A stretch of 64,000 bases of DNA. It comes from an uncultured Candidatus Rokubacteria bacterium. GTDB lineage: Bacteria; Methylomirabilota; Methylomirabilia; Rokubacteriales; CSP1-6. A program made the translations under genes and the position numbers. How positions within the stretch are numbered: the stretch's first letter is position 1; each line of letters begins with the position of its first letter. The stretch is from positions 64,001 through 128,000 of the forward strand of contig CAVWWD010000006.1 in the NCBI GenBank assembly GCA_963758635.1, read 5' to 3'. Shown in pieces: positions 21,458 to 30,840 of this stretch. The notes beneath the pieces were generated by a model that saw nothing but the letters and a program-made list of their open reading frames with translations, made no database searches and was not told where the DNA came from.

Positions 21458-21937
21458 ATGCGACGTGGATCAGTGGGCGCCCTGGCGATCGCGGCACTGC
21501 TCGCCGGCATGCTCGGCGGGCCGGCCGCGGCCCAGGACAAGCCGGCCGACAACATGGAGCTGCTCCGTGAGAAGGCGCGAACGGACAAGAAGGTCGTGGT
21601 CGCCTCGGTGCTCGAGCTGACGGAGGGCGAGGCCAAGGGGTTCTGGCCCGTCTACAACGCGTACCAGAGCGACATGGTCACCCACTACGACCGCATGTTG
21701 AAGCTCATCGACGACTACACGAAGGCGTATGGCACCATGAGCGACGAGACGGCGGCGAAGCTCCTCGGCGACTACCTGTCCATGGAGTCCTCGTACGTCT
21801 CCATGCTGAAGGCCTACCTGCCGCGCTTCCAGAAGGTGCTGCCCGCCACGAAGGTGGCGCGGCTGTACCAGGTCGAGAACAAGCTCCGGGCCCTCCTGAA
21901 CTACGACCTGGCCCGCACCATCCCCCTGGCCAGATAA
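21458..21937 (+). CDS. Uncharacterised secreted helical protein
   Basis: SD GGAGG, signal peptide ending AAA-Q, LTEGEAKGFWPVY. Confidence 0.8.
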   Translation: MRRGSVGALAIAALLAGMLGGPAAAQDKPADNMELLREKARTDKKVVVASVLELTEGEAKGFWPVYNAYQSDMVTHYDRMLKLIDDYTKAYGTMSDETAAKLLGDYLSMESSYVSMLKAYLPRFQKVLPATKVARLYQVENKLRALLNYDLARTIPLAR

Positions 21938-21945
21938 AGGAGCCC

Positions 21946-22509
21946 ATGATGCGCGGCACACGTCTCGGAGCTGGTCTCGTCCTTGTGCTCGCGGTCCTGG
22001 TGGCCACGCCGTTGTCCGCGACGCCCGTGCTCGCCGCGTCCGCGGCGGAGATCAACCGCGACGCCGAGGCCGCCGTCGCCCGGCTGGTCGCCGCCGTGCC
22101 CAGCGCACGCGAGCTCGCGCAGAAGGCAAAGGCCGTCCTCGTGTTCCCGAATATCGTCAAGGCCGGGTTCATGTTCGGCGCCCAGTACGGCGACGGGGCG
22201 CTCCGGCGCCAGGGCAAGACGGTGGGCTACTACAACACGGTGGCCGCGTCCTACGGCCTGCAGGCCGGCGTGCAGTCCTTCGGCTACGCCCTGCTCTTCA
22301 TGAACGACGCGGCGCTGGCGCAGCTGGACAAGACCGGGGGGTTCGAGCTCGGCGTGGGGCCCAGCATCGTGATCCTGGACGAGGGGAAGGCCAAGGCCGT
22401 CACGACCACCACCGTTCACGAGGACATCTACGCGTTCATCTTCGGCCAGAAGGGCCTGATGGCGGGCATGGGGTTGCAGGGTTCGAAGATCAGCAAGATC
22501 GCGCGCTGA
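21946..22509 (+). CDS. Ysc84/SYLF lipid-binding domain secreted protein
   Basis: AKAVLVFP..VKAGFMFG..YG.G, SYGLQAG, GLMAG..LQGSKI. Confidence 0.85.
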   Translation: MMRGTRLGAGLVLVLAVLVATPLSATPVLAASAAEINRDAEAAVARLVAAVPSARELAQKAKAVLVFPNIVKAGFMFGAQYGDGALRRQGKTVGYYNTVAASYGLQAGVQSFGYALLFMNDAALAQLDKTGGFELGVGPSIVILDEGKAKAVTTTTVHEDIYAFIFGQKGLMAGMGLQGSKISKIAR

Positions 22510-22603
22510 GCCGTCCCGACACTGCGACGGGACGGAGGGCGGGATCGCGAGCGGCGGGGCAGGACCCGGGGCGCACGGGGCCCGAATCCGGAAGGAGGAG
22601 TCC

Positions 22604-23162
22604 ATGGCGCGCATGGCGGCGGTGCTGGTGACACTGATGCTCGTCGGCGGAACGATGCTCACGGCCGCGCCAGGGGCGCACGGTGAGGAGGCGACGGCCC
22701 GTCTCGTCTCCGCCGTTCGTGGCCAGGGGTTCTTCTTCGAGATCGGCGAGCGCCGGGCCCTCGTCATGGGCGCGCTGCAGGGCACGCTCTACGTCGAGTC
22801 GGGCGCGGACGCCCTCGACGGGACGTGGATGGTCTGCCCGAGCAGCTTCACGATCGATCCGCTCGCGCAGTCCTTCGAGGCCGAGGGCTACTGCACGATC
22901 GCCCGGGGCGAGGAGCACAAGATCTACGGGCGCTGGACCTGCGCGGGCGTCCTCACCAAGGGGTGCCGGGGACGCTTCACGATCACGGGGGGCACCGGCC
23001 GGTTCGCGGGCGTGAGCCGGTGAGAGCGAGATCTTCATGCGCACGCACTTGACTGACGTCACCGCCCCCGAGAAGGGTATCCCGCGCTCGCCGATCGGCG
23101 CCGCCCAGGAGACGGGGGTCGGGCTCATCACCTTCACCGCCCTGCGCTACCGGACGCCGTGA
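22604..23162 (+). CDS. Hypothetical secreted protein, frameshift near 23020
   Basis: SD GGAGGAG, signal peptide, four Cys, ITGGTGRFAGV continuing in shifted frame GESEIFMR...LRYRTP*. Confidence 0.65.
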
Positions 23163-23208
23163 CGGCGGGCGCAGCACGCCCGGCCCGTCACCAGCGGCCG
23201 GCGACCGG

Positions 23209-24060
23209 TCACTCGGGGAGGCTGTTGATCAGGAACATGGCGCCGATGACCGGGCCCGCCGTGGTGATCGACTCGAACCACCGCTCGTAGATCCCCGCGA
23301 CCTCCCCCGAGCGGTACAGCGCGGCCAGCGCGCGGTTGACGGACAGTCGGAAGGCCGCGTCGTTCCTCCGCATCATGAGCCCGTAGGGCTCGTAGGAGAA
23401 CAGCTCGGTGTTGAGCGTGAGCTTCTCCGGGCTCTTCGAGGTCCGCCCGATCCCGATCAGGATAACGCGGTCGGACGCGTAGGCGTCGGCGGCGTTACTG
23501 TCGAGGGCGGCCACGCCGGCGTCGTGGTCCTTTACGGGCACCACCGTGGCCGTGACAGAGAGCTTCTTCATGGCCGTGTTGAGGCTGGTCTCCGTGGTCG
23601 TGCCGGGGATGACGGCGACCCGCTTGCCCCCGAGCGTCCCCACGCCGCGCACCCCCGAGGCCTCCACGATCAGGAGGCTCCCGCCGTCGATGAAGGTCAG
23701 CAGGCTGAAGTCCACCTGCTCCTGACGGGACAGCGAGGCGGTGGTCGAGCCGCACTCGAGGTCGATCGCGCCGTTGACGACGGACGGGATCCGGTTCTGC
23801 ACCGTGACCTTCGCCCACTTGACCTGGAGCGACGGCAGCGCGAGCTGCTTGCCGATGGCGGCGGCGACCCGGGTGCACAGGTCCACCGAGTAGCCGGTGG
23901 GCCGGCCGCCGTCGCCGGCGAACGAGAACGGGCGCGACGCCTCCCGATAGCCGAGCGTGATCGTGTTGGTGCGCTTGATCTTCTGCAGGGTGTCCTCCGC
24001 CGCTCCCGCCGGGGCGGCGAGGAACAGCGACATCGACAGCAGCACGAGCCATGGGATCAC
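23209..24060 (-). CDS. Amino-acid ABC transporter substrate-binding protein (GltI-like), orphan
   Basis: LGYRE.SRPFSF, GYSVDLC, DLECGSTT..LSRQ, GTTTE, YASDR, EPYGLM; SD AGGAG. Confidence 0.88.
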   Translation of the reverse strand: MIPWLVLLSMSLFLAAPAGAAEDTLQKIKRTNTITLGYREASRPFSFAGDGGRPTGYSVDLCTRVAAAIGKQLALPSLQVKWAKVTVQNRIPSVVNGAIDLECGSTTASLSRQEQVDFSLLTFIDGGSLLIVEASGVRGVGTLGGKRVAVIPGTTTETSLNTAMKKLSVTATVVPVKDHDAGVAALDSNAADAYASDRVILIGIGRTSKSPEKLTLNTELFSYEPYGLMMRRNDAAFRLSVNRALAALYRSGEVAGIYERWFESITTAGPVIGAMFLINSLPE

Positions 24061-24122
24061 GGAAGTCTCCTCTGGTTGTGAGAGCGCGCCGGATGGGCCC
24101 GGGCTCGCGCCCGGGGCCGGCG

Positions 24123-25178
24123 TCAAGGGACGCGGCCGGACAGCTCCAGCACCTGGCCGGCGCGCAGGATCTCGACCTTGAAGGGGGAGCCGGGGGGTAT
24201 CCGGTTCAGCGCGTCCCGGATCTTCCCGAGGTTGGGCGCGCTCGCGGCCATCCCCTCGACGGTCAGGATGATGTCGCCGCCCAGCGGCACCTCCTGCCCG
24301 GCGATGTTCACGAGCATCGTGCCGCCGCGGAGGCCGATCTGGTCGGCCGGGGAGTCCTTCGCCACTGTCTTGACCATGAATCCGCTCGTCCGGGGCGGGA
24401 GGTTCAGGAGATCGGACACCTGGTTGCTGAGCACCACCCCTTCGAGCCCCGACCAGAACGAACGCTTCTCGAGCAGGAGCTGCTTGGCCGTGTTGAGGGT
24501 GACGACGAAGCCGAGGCCCTCGCTCCCCCCGCCCTTGGAGATGTTGTGGCTCACGATACCGACGACCTCTCCGTTCATGCCGAAGAGCGGCCCGCCCGAG
24601 TTGCCGGTGTTGATGACGGCGTCGGTCTGGAAGAACTCGGCCAGGGGCATGGTCTTGTACACGGTGTTCGGGGCCCAGCGCGCGCTGATGTAGCCCACGC
24701 TCAGGGAATAGGAGAGCCCGTACGGCGCGCCGACCACGATGACCTGGTCGCCCACCTGGACGGTGTCCGAGTCCGCCATCCTGGCCACCTTGGCCCCCGA
24801 GGGCACGCGCTCGAGCTGCAGCAGCGAGAGGTCGGCCGCGGGCTCCGACGCAATCACCCGCGCCGCGACCGTCTCGCCGCCGAGGAAGTCCACGGAGATC
24901 TCGTCCATCAGGTGCACGACGTGCGCCGCCGTCATGACCTTGCCGTCCGCGGAGATGAGGACGCCGGATCCCGTCTCGAGGAACCGCGTCTGGCCGGCCG
25001 CCGTCACGTCGCCGCCCCGGGCGCGGATCACGACCACGGAGGGCGTGACGGAGCGGAAGACGTCGCGCACGGTCTGCGCCGTGGCCGGGGGCGCGGCCAC
25101 GCCCATGACGCCCGCGGCCAGCGAGCCGCCCAGCAGCACACCGGCGACCGCTCGCCGGATCGATCCCGGCTCCCTCAT
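24123..25178 (-). CDS. HtrA/DegP-like serine protease with PDZ domain
   Basis: TAAHVV, ADLSLL, QTDAVINTGNSGGPL, SPA...GLRGG; SD GAGGAGG. Confidence 0.9.
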   Translation of the reverse strand: MREPGSIRRAVAGVLLGGSLAAGVMGVAAPPATAQTVRDVFRSVTPSVVVIRARGGDVTAAGQTRFLETGSGVLISADGKVMTAAHVVHLMDEISVDFLGGETVAARVIASEPAADLSLLQLERVPSGAKVARMADSDTVQVGDQVIVVGAPYGLSYSLSVGYISARWAPNTVYKTMPLAEFFQTDAVINTGNSGGPLFGMNGEVVGIVSHNISKGGGSEGLGFVVTLNTAKQLLLEKRSFWSGLEGVVLSNQVSDLLNLPPRTSGFMVKTVAKDSPADQIGLRGGTMLVNIAGQEVPLGGDIILTVEGMAASAPNLGKIRDALNRIPPGSPFKVEILRAGQVLELSGRVP

Positions 25179-25209
25179 GACCCTCCTCTCGATGGATCCT
25201 CGCGAGTAC

Positions 25210-25238
25210 GCCATAGCGCGAGCCCGGCGGCATGTCAA
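25210..25238 (-). promoter_or_regulatory. sigma70-like promoter for HtrA gene
   Basis: TTGACA-N17-TATGGC (weak -10). Confidence 0.4.
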
Positions 25239-25337
25239 TGCCGCGGTCGCGGACGGCGCTGCCGCTCCGCAACTCCGCCTCGGAGATCTTGCCGTCCTCC
25301 GGGCCCATGATGCTGCCGCCCGTGGCGGGGTCGTCCT

Positions 25338-25355
25338 ATGGGACCTTGGCCGTAC
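25338..25355. promoter_or_regulatory. Operator-like motif copy C (ATGGGACCTTGGCCGTAC)
   Basis: Intergenic, ~100 bp upstream of the HtrA promoter. Confidence 0.5.
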
Positions 25356-25371
25356 GCCGCGCGGCCGTCGG

Positions 25372-25758
25372 TCAGGAGGCGGGGTAGGAGCAGGGACCCA
25401 GGGCGCGATCGATGGCCTCGAGCAGCTCCCCGTCGTCGAACGGCTTCGAGAGGAAGGCCACCGCGCCCGTCTCGATCATCTGACGCCGGAGCCCCTCGTC
25501 GCCGTGGGCGGTGATCGCGACGACGCGCAGATCGGGCTCCGCCACGGCGAGGCGCCGCTGCAGCTCGGGGCCGCTCATGCCGGGCAGGCGCACGTCGAGC
25601 ACGAGGCACGCGGGCCGGCGCGAGTGGTCCGAGGCGAGGAAGTCGGGCGCGGTCTCCGAGGCCGCCGCGTCGAAGCCCGCGGCCCGGATCAGCCGGACCA
25701 GGGCCCGACGCACCGAAGGATCGTCGTCGACGACGTAGACGATGGGACGCTGGTCCAC
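25372..25758 (-). CDS. Stand-alone receiver-domain response regulator
   Basis: VDDD, LDVRLPG, ITAH, FLSKPF. Confidence 0.88.
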   Translation of the reverse strand: MDQRPIVYVVDDDPSVRRALVRLIRAAGFDAAASETAPDFLASDHSRRPACLVLDVRLPGMSGPELQRRLAVAEPDLRVVAITAHGDEGLRRQMIETGAVAFLSKPFDDGELLEAIDRALGPCSYPAS

Positions 25759-25895
25759 GGGACCTCGATGGAGGAGAGCCTTCCGGTCACGGCCGCGAGG
25801 CCCTCGATCCGGACGGGGTTCCCCGCCGGTCTGTCCTGCACGGCGCCGGCGGGTCCCGTCACGGACGATTCAACCGGCGCGGGGAGAGACGGTCA

Positions 25896-25929
25896 ATGAG
25901 ACCTTGGTCGTGTGGGACCTTCACCCTAG
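25896..25929. promoter_or_regulatory. Tandem operator-like motif copies D/E
   Basis: ATGAGACCTTGGTCGTGT overlapping GTGGGACCTTCACCCTAG, between the two regulator genes. Confidence 0.55.
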
Positions 25930-25970
25930 AACGGATTCCGGCGACCGATAGGACACACTCCGAGCGACGT

Positions 25971-26609
25971 TCAGCGTTCGGGAGCCGCGTCGGGAGGGAT
26001 GCCCGCCTTCTCGGCGAGCCGGACCAGCTCGGCCAGCGAGCCGGCCCTCATCTTGTGCATGACGCGACCGCGGTGGACCTTGATCGTCTTTTCGCTGGCG
26101 CCCAGCTCCGCGCCGATCTGCTTGTTGAGCAGGCCGACGACGACCAGGGCGAGGACCTGGCGCTCGCGCGGCGTCAACGAGTCCACGCGCGCGCGAATGA
26201 TGTCGTGCTCGGCCCGCTCGGACCGCGCCTGACGGTCGCGGTCCAGGGCGCGCCGGATCGTGCTCAGGAGCACGTCGTCGGACGCGGGCTTCTGCAGGAA
26301 GTCCGCGGCGCCGCTCTTCATCGCCCGCACGCTCGTGACGACGTCGCCGTGCCCGGTGAGGAAGATGATGGGGATCTCGCGGTCGGCCTGACGCAGGGCG
26401 TCCTGGAGCTCGGGACCACTCTGGCCGGGCATGCGCACGTCGAGCACGACGCACGCGGGCTGGTCCCGGAGCTTCGCGGCGAGGAAAGCCTCCGCGGACG
26501 CAAAGGCTTCCACGTCGAATCCCGCCGAGCGCACGAGCCGGGTCAGGGCCCGGCGCACGGAGTCGTCGTCGTCGACGAGGTAGACGATCTCGTCGGCGGC
26601 CACGCTCAC
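25971..26609 (-). CDS. FixJ/NodW-family response regulator (REC + LuxR HTH)
   Basis: Close paralogue of 13678..14322; LNKQIG..LG.SEKTIKVHRGRVM. Confidence 0.93.
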   Translation of the reverse strand: MSVAADEIVYLVDDDDSVRRALTRLVRSAGFDVEAFASAEAFLAAKLRDQPACVVLDVRMPGQSGPELQDALRQADREIPIIFLTGHGDVVTSVRAMKSGAADFLQKPASDDVLLSTIRRALDRDRQARSERAEHDIIRARVDSLTPRERQVLALVVVGLLNKQIGAELGASEKTIKVHRGRVMHKMRAGSLAELVRLAEKAGIPPDAAPER

Positions 26610-26621
26610 CGGTGCACCGCG

Positions 26622-28348
26622 TCAGACCGCCCGCTGACAGAGGACGTTCAGCACCGCGGGCCGCCCGTCCCGCACCGCGGCCAGCCCGCGCTTGAGCGCG
26701 CCCGGCAGCTCGGCCGGGGTCTCCACGCGCTCGCCGTGGCCATCGACCGTGCGGACGATCTCCTCGAAGCGCGGCGAGGGCGTGAGGTCGCTGAGCGGGA
26801 AGCGGCCGCGCGTCTTCGCCACGCCGTCCGGATGCACGGCGAGGGCGCCCGACTTCACCGCCTCCCATCGCTGGTTGTTGAAGATCACCGTGAGCACGGG
26901 AAGATCGTGCGCGCGCTGGACGAACAGGCACGAGAGCGGCTCGCCGAAGAAGTACGCGCCGTCGCCCACGGTGGCGATCACGGTGGCCTCGGGCCGGCCG
27001 AGCTTCACGCCGAGGGCGGCGCCCGAGCCCGAAGCCGAGACCGCTCGAGTGCGGCGACGCGAAGTACGTGCCGGGCCGGGTGAAGGCGGCGAAGCGGCGG
27101 TCGAGCGGGTACTCGTTCACGACGACGGTGCTCTCGTCCATGAGGTCGCCGATGCAGCGCGCGGCCCACGCGAAGCCGATGGTCGGCTTCGCCGACTGGT
27201 CGAGCGCGGTTCGGTCCCACGCGGCGCGGCCGCGCGGCGTGCTCCGCGGCCACCCGCGCGGCTCGCCGCTCCGTCGCGCCGCGGCCGGCATGCCGGCGGA
27301 CGGCCTCGGCGAGGAGCGGCAGCGCCGCGGCGGGCGTGGCCGCGATCGGCACGTCGCACGGGTAGCTCCGCATCGGGTAGCGCGAGAAGAACGGGTCCAC
27401 GCCGAGGTGGATGACGGGCGCGCCCGCCGCGGGCTTGGCGAGCGCCGGATACCACGGCACGTCGGCCTCGATGACGACAATGGCGTCGGCCCCGGCCAGC
27501 GCGGGGTTCGCCGTGCCCGACTGGTTATAGCCGAGGTGCAGCGGGTGGTCGTGGGGGAAGTTCAGGTAGATCGGATCGGCCTCGACCACGGCGATTCCGC
27601 CCGCCTCCGCGAGGTCGACCAGCGCCGCCACCGCGCGAGGATCCAGCCCGGCCGCGGACACGAGGCAGAGCGGCGCCTCGGCGCGCGCGAGGATCCGCGC
27701 CGCCTCGTCGATGCGCGCCGGGTCGGGGAAGCGCTCGCTCCGCACCTGCCGGCGCGCCGGCGAGGTGATGGTGACGGCGTCGTGGCGCATCGCGAGTACC
27801 TCGCGCGGCAGCGTGAGGTACACGGGCCCGCGGGGCTCGGCGAGCATCAGCTCGAGCGCGCGGTCCACCACCGACTCGAGCTGCACCGGCGTGCGCAGCT
27901 CGTAGTCCCACTTCACGTACTCGCGCACCATCGCGGCCTGGTCGAAGCTCTCCTGCGCCCAGTGGATGTGGAGGTCGCGCGCGCCCGGCAGCCCTTCCTC
28001 CGTGATGGGCGTCCGCCCGGCCGACATGAGGATGGGCACGTTGGCGCGCGAGGCGCTGATGAGCGCGGTCGACGCGTTGCCCGTGCCGACCGTCACGTGG
28101 ACCATGGCGGTGGCGGGCCGGCCGGCGCCCAGGTAGTAGCCGTGGGCCATGGAGACGGCGACGAACTCGTGGGGGACCACGAGGGGGCGTGGCGCCGGAT
28201 GTCCCTCCGCCTCGGCCCGCGCGAATCCCTCGACGAGCGAGGCGAAGTCCGTCCCCGCGTTGCCCAGGAACACGTCGATGCCGCGGTCCTTCAGGAGCTC
28301 CAGGTACACCTCGGCCGTCGTCGCGGAGCGAATTGTTCGCGTCGCCAT
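26622..28348 (-). CDS. ThDP-dependent enzyme (acetolactate synthase/benzoylformate decarboxylase-like), frameshifts ~27010-27240
   Basis: GNAGTDF, PHEFVAVSMAHG, HVTVGT, PRGPVYLTLP, GDG...NN ThDP motif. Confidence 0.88.
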
Positions 28349-28541
28349 CGCTCGTCTCCTTGCCTCGGGAATGCGCGCGGAACGGCTCGCGCGGCGCCCA
28401 CATGGTACCGCGCCCCGGGCCTCCCGGTGCGGCCGCTCGCCGGGCGTGCCATGATTGGGCCCTCGACGGTCCACCGGGTGGAGGGGCCGGATCGAACCTC
28501 GCGGGAGGCGCGGCATGAGCGGGACGGCGGGCGGCACGGCC

Positions 28542-28643
28542 ATGGCCCACTACCGCAGCGAGTTCAAGGACGACGAGTCACGGAAGCGCCACCTGATCCG
28601 GCTCTGGTTCCGCGCGGCCGGCCGCCGCTCCTACGACGGCTGA
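28542..28643 (+). pseudogene. C-terminal remnant of a TauD/TfdA-like 2OG-Fe(II) dioxygenase
   Basis: HYRSEFKDDESRKRHLIRLW resembles the H-x-R...RHLxRLW terminal motif of the family. Confidence 0.5.
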
Positions 28644-28680
28644 CCCTCGCCGTCCCGATCATCAGCTCGAGGAGGACACG

Positions 28681-29517
28681 ATGAGCGCGATCGACACCGA
28701 GCGCGAAGAGACGATCAGCACCCGCGTGGGGAACAAGCTCAAGGGCCGCGTGGCCTTCGTCACCGGCGGCACCCGGGGCATCGGCGCGGCGATCTGCCGG
28801 AGCCTCGCCAGCCAGGGGGCGACCCTCGCCGCGGGCTACGCCGGCAACGACGCCGCGGCCGAGAAGTTCCGCGGCGAGTTCGCGTCCACCTACCTGACGC
28901 CCGTCAGCATCCACAAGGGCAACGTGGGCGAGCCGGCCGACTGCCGCCGCACCATCGACGAGGTGATCACCGCGCACGGCCGGCTCGACATCCTGGTCAA
29001 CAACGCCGGCATCACCGTCGACCGCACGGTGCTTCGCATGTCCGACGAGGACTGGTTCAAGGTCCTCAACGTGAACCTCTCCGGCGCGTTCTTCCTGTCA
29101 CAGGCCGCGCTCCGCCACATGGCCGAGCGCGGGAGCGGACGCATCGTCAACGTGTCGAGCGTGATCGGCGAGATGGGCAACATCGGCCAGGCCAACTACG
29201 CGGCGTCCAAGTCGGGCCTGTTCGGCCTCACCAAGACCCTGGCCCGCGAGGCCGCCTTCCTCCTCGCCAAGGCGGGCAAGCTCACCGACCCCGACGGCAT
29301 CGGCCTCACCGTGAACACGGTCACGCCGGGCTTCGTCGCCACCGAGATGCTCGAGCACGTGCCGCCCAAGGTGATCGAGAAGATCATCGGCCAGATCCCG
29401 GTGGGCCGCCTCGGCAAGCCCGAGGAGATCGCCCGCGTCGTCCACTTCCTCTCCGCCGACGCCTCCTCCTACGTCACCGGCCAGGTCTGGGGCGTCAACG
29501 GCGGCCTCGACATGTAA
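28681..29517 (+). CDS. SDR, acetoacetyl-CoA/3-oxoacyl-ACP reductase (PhaB/FabG-like)
   Basis: TGGTRGIG, NNAGIT, GNIGQANYAASK, IPVGRLG.PEEIA. Confidence 0.9.
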   Translation: MSAIDTEREETISTRVGNKLKGRVAFVTGGTRGIGAAICRSLASQGATLAAGYAGNDAAAEKFRGEFASTYLTPVSIHKGNVGEPADCRRTIDEVITAHGRLDILVNNAGITVDRTVLRMSDEDWFKVLNVNLSGAFFLSQAALRHMAERGSGRIVNVSSVIGEMGNIGQANYAASKSGLFGLTKTLAREAAFLLAKAGKLTDPDGIGLTVNTVTPGFVATEMLEHVPPKVIEKIIGQIPVGRLGKPEEIARVVHFLSADASSYVTGQVWGVNGGLDM

Positions 29518-29748
29518 CTCGCGCGCGATTCGGTAGGATCGCGTCCTCATCGTCGCCACGAGCGCTCCCCGGCCGTCTGCTCCACGCCCACACCCTCTCC
29601 GGCGCCCCTGGATTCCCTCCCGCCCGAACGTGCGGGGTCGCGGAGTGTGTTAGCCTTCCTCAACCATGCCCCGTGTCTATAGGCCGGTGACGTCCGCCAC
29701 CCTCATGCTGCCGAACCAGGCGAAGACCGTCGAAGGGGTGGAGCCGCG

Positions 29749-30777
29749 GTGAGGGCGCGCCGAACGGGACGATTCGTCGGACTGCTGGTGATCGGCTTGG
29801 TCGTCGCCGTCGCGACGGCCTGGAGCGCCGGTGTCGTCTTCTTCGCCGGTCCGGGCAGTCCGCGGGCTCGCGCGGCGCTGGCCGCGACCGTGGGCGTCAT
29901 CGGCCTCGCCGTCCTCGTGTCGCTATTCGTCCGCCGCTGGCGCTGGGCGGCCGTGGTGGGTTTCGCGGGGGCGCTGGCGCTGGTCACCGGGTGGTGGTCG
30001 ACGATCCGACCCTCCAACGACCGCGTGTGGCAGCCCGAGGTGGCCGTGCTCTCCTCGGCGACGATCGACGGCGACCTGGTCACCGTCCACAACATCCGGA
30101 ACTTCGACTACCGGTCCGAGAACGACTTCACGCCGCGCTACTACGACCGGACGTTCGACCTTCGCCGGCTCGACGAGGTCGACCTTGTCGCCGTGTACTG
30201 GATGGGGCCGGCCATCGCCCACGTGTTCTTGACGTTCGGGTTCGGCGCCGACTACCTCGCCATCTCCATCGAGGCGCGCAAGGAGCGGGGCGAGGGCTAC
30301 TCGACCCTCGGGGGCTTCTTCCGGCAGTACGAGCTCGTCTACATCGTGGCGGACGAGCGCGACGTGATCCGCGTCCGAACGAACTATCGGAAGGATCCGC
30401 CCGAGGATGTCTATGTCTTCCGCACCCAGGGACCGATCGAGAATGGGCGCCGTGTCTTTCTGGAGTACATGCGCGCGATCAACGGCCTCCAGAAGCAGCC
30501 GGAGTTCTACAACACGCTGACGACCAACTGCACGAACGTGATCCTCGCGCACACCCAGGTGAATCCGGGTCACCTTCCGTTCTCGTGGAAGATCCTGCTG
30601 AGCGGCTACGCGCCCGAGTACGTGTACGAGTCCGGGCGGTTCGGTCGCGACCTCCCCTTCGACGAGCTCAAGAAGCGGTCGCACGTCAACGCCGCCGCCC
30701 GCGCTGCCGACCACGCGCCAGACTTTTCTCAGCGCATCCGAGCGGGGCTGCCGAGTCGCCCCACCGCAGTGCGATAG
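29749..30777 (+). CDS. DUF4105 (Lnb N-terminal-like) membrane protein
   Basis: N-terminal TMs, PSNDR.W, HNIRNFDY, AHVFLTFGF, SIEARKE, YNTLTTNCT. Confidence 0.85.
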   Translation: MRARRTGRFVGLLVIGLVVAVATAWSAGVVFFAGPGSPRARAALAATVGVIGLAVLVSLFVRRWRWAAVVGFAGALALVTGWWSTIRPSNDRVWQPEVAVLSSATIDGDLVTVHNIRNFDYRSENDFTPRYYDRTFDLRRLDEVDLVAVYWMGPAIAHVFLTFGFGADYLAISIEARKERGEGYSTLGGFFRQYELVYIVADERDVIRVRTNYRKDPPEDVYVFRTQGPIENGRRVFLEYMRAINGLQKQPEFYNTLTTNCTNVILAHTQVNPGHLPFSWKILLSGYAPEYVYESGRFGRDLPFDELKKRSHVNAAARAADHAPDFSQRIRAGLPSRPTAVR

Positions 30778-30840
30778 GCCCTCTTGGAGCGCGGTTCTGA
30801 TGGTTGGCGCGGTGCACCCACGAGCTCACGAGGCCACCCC

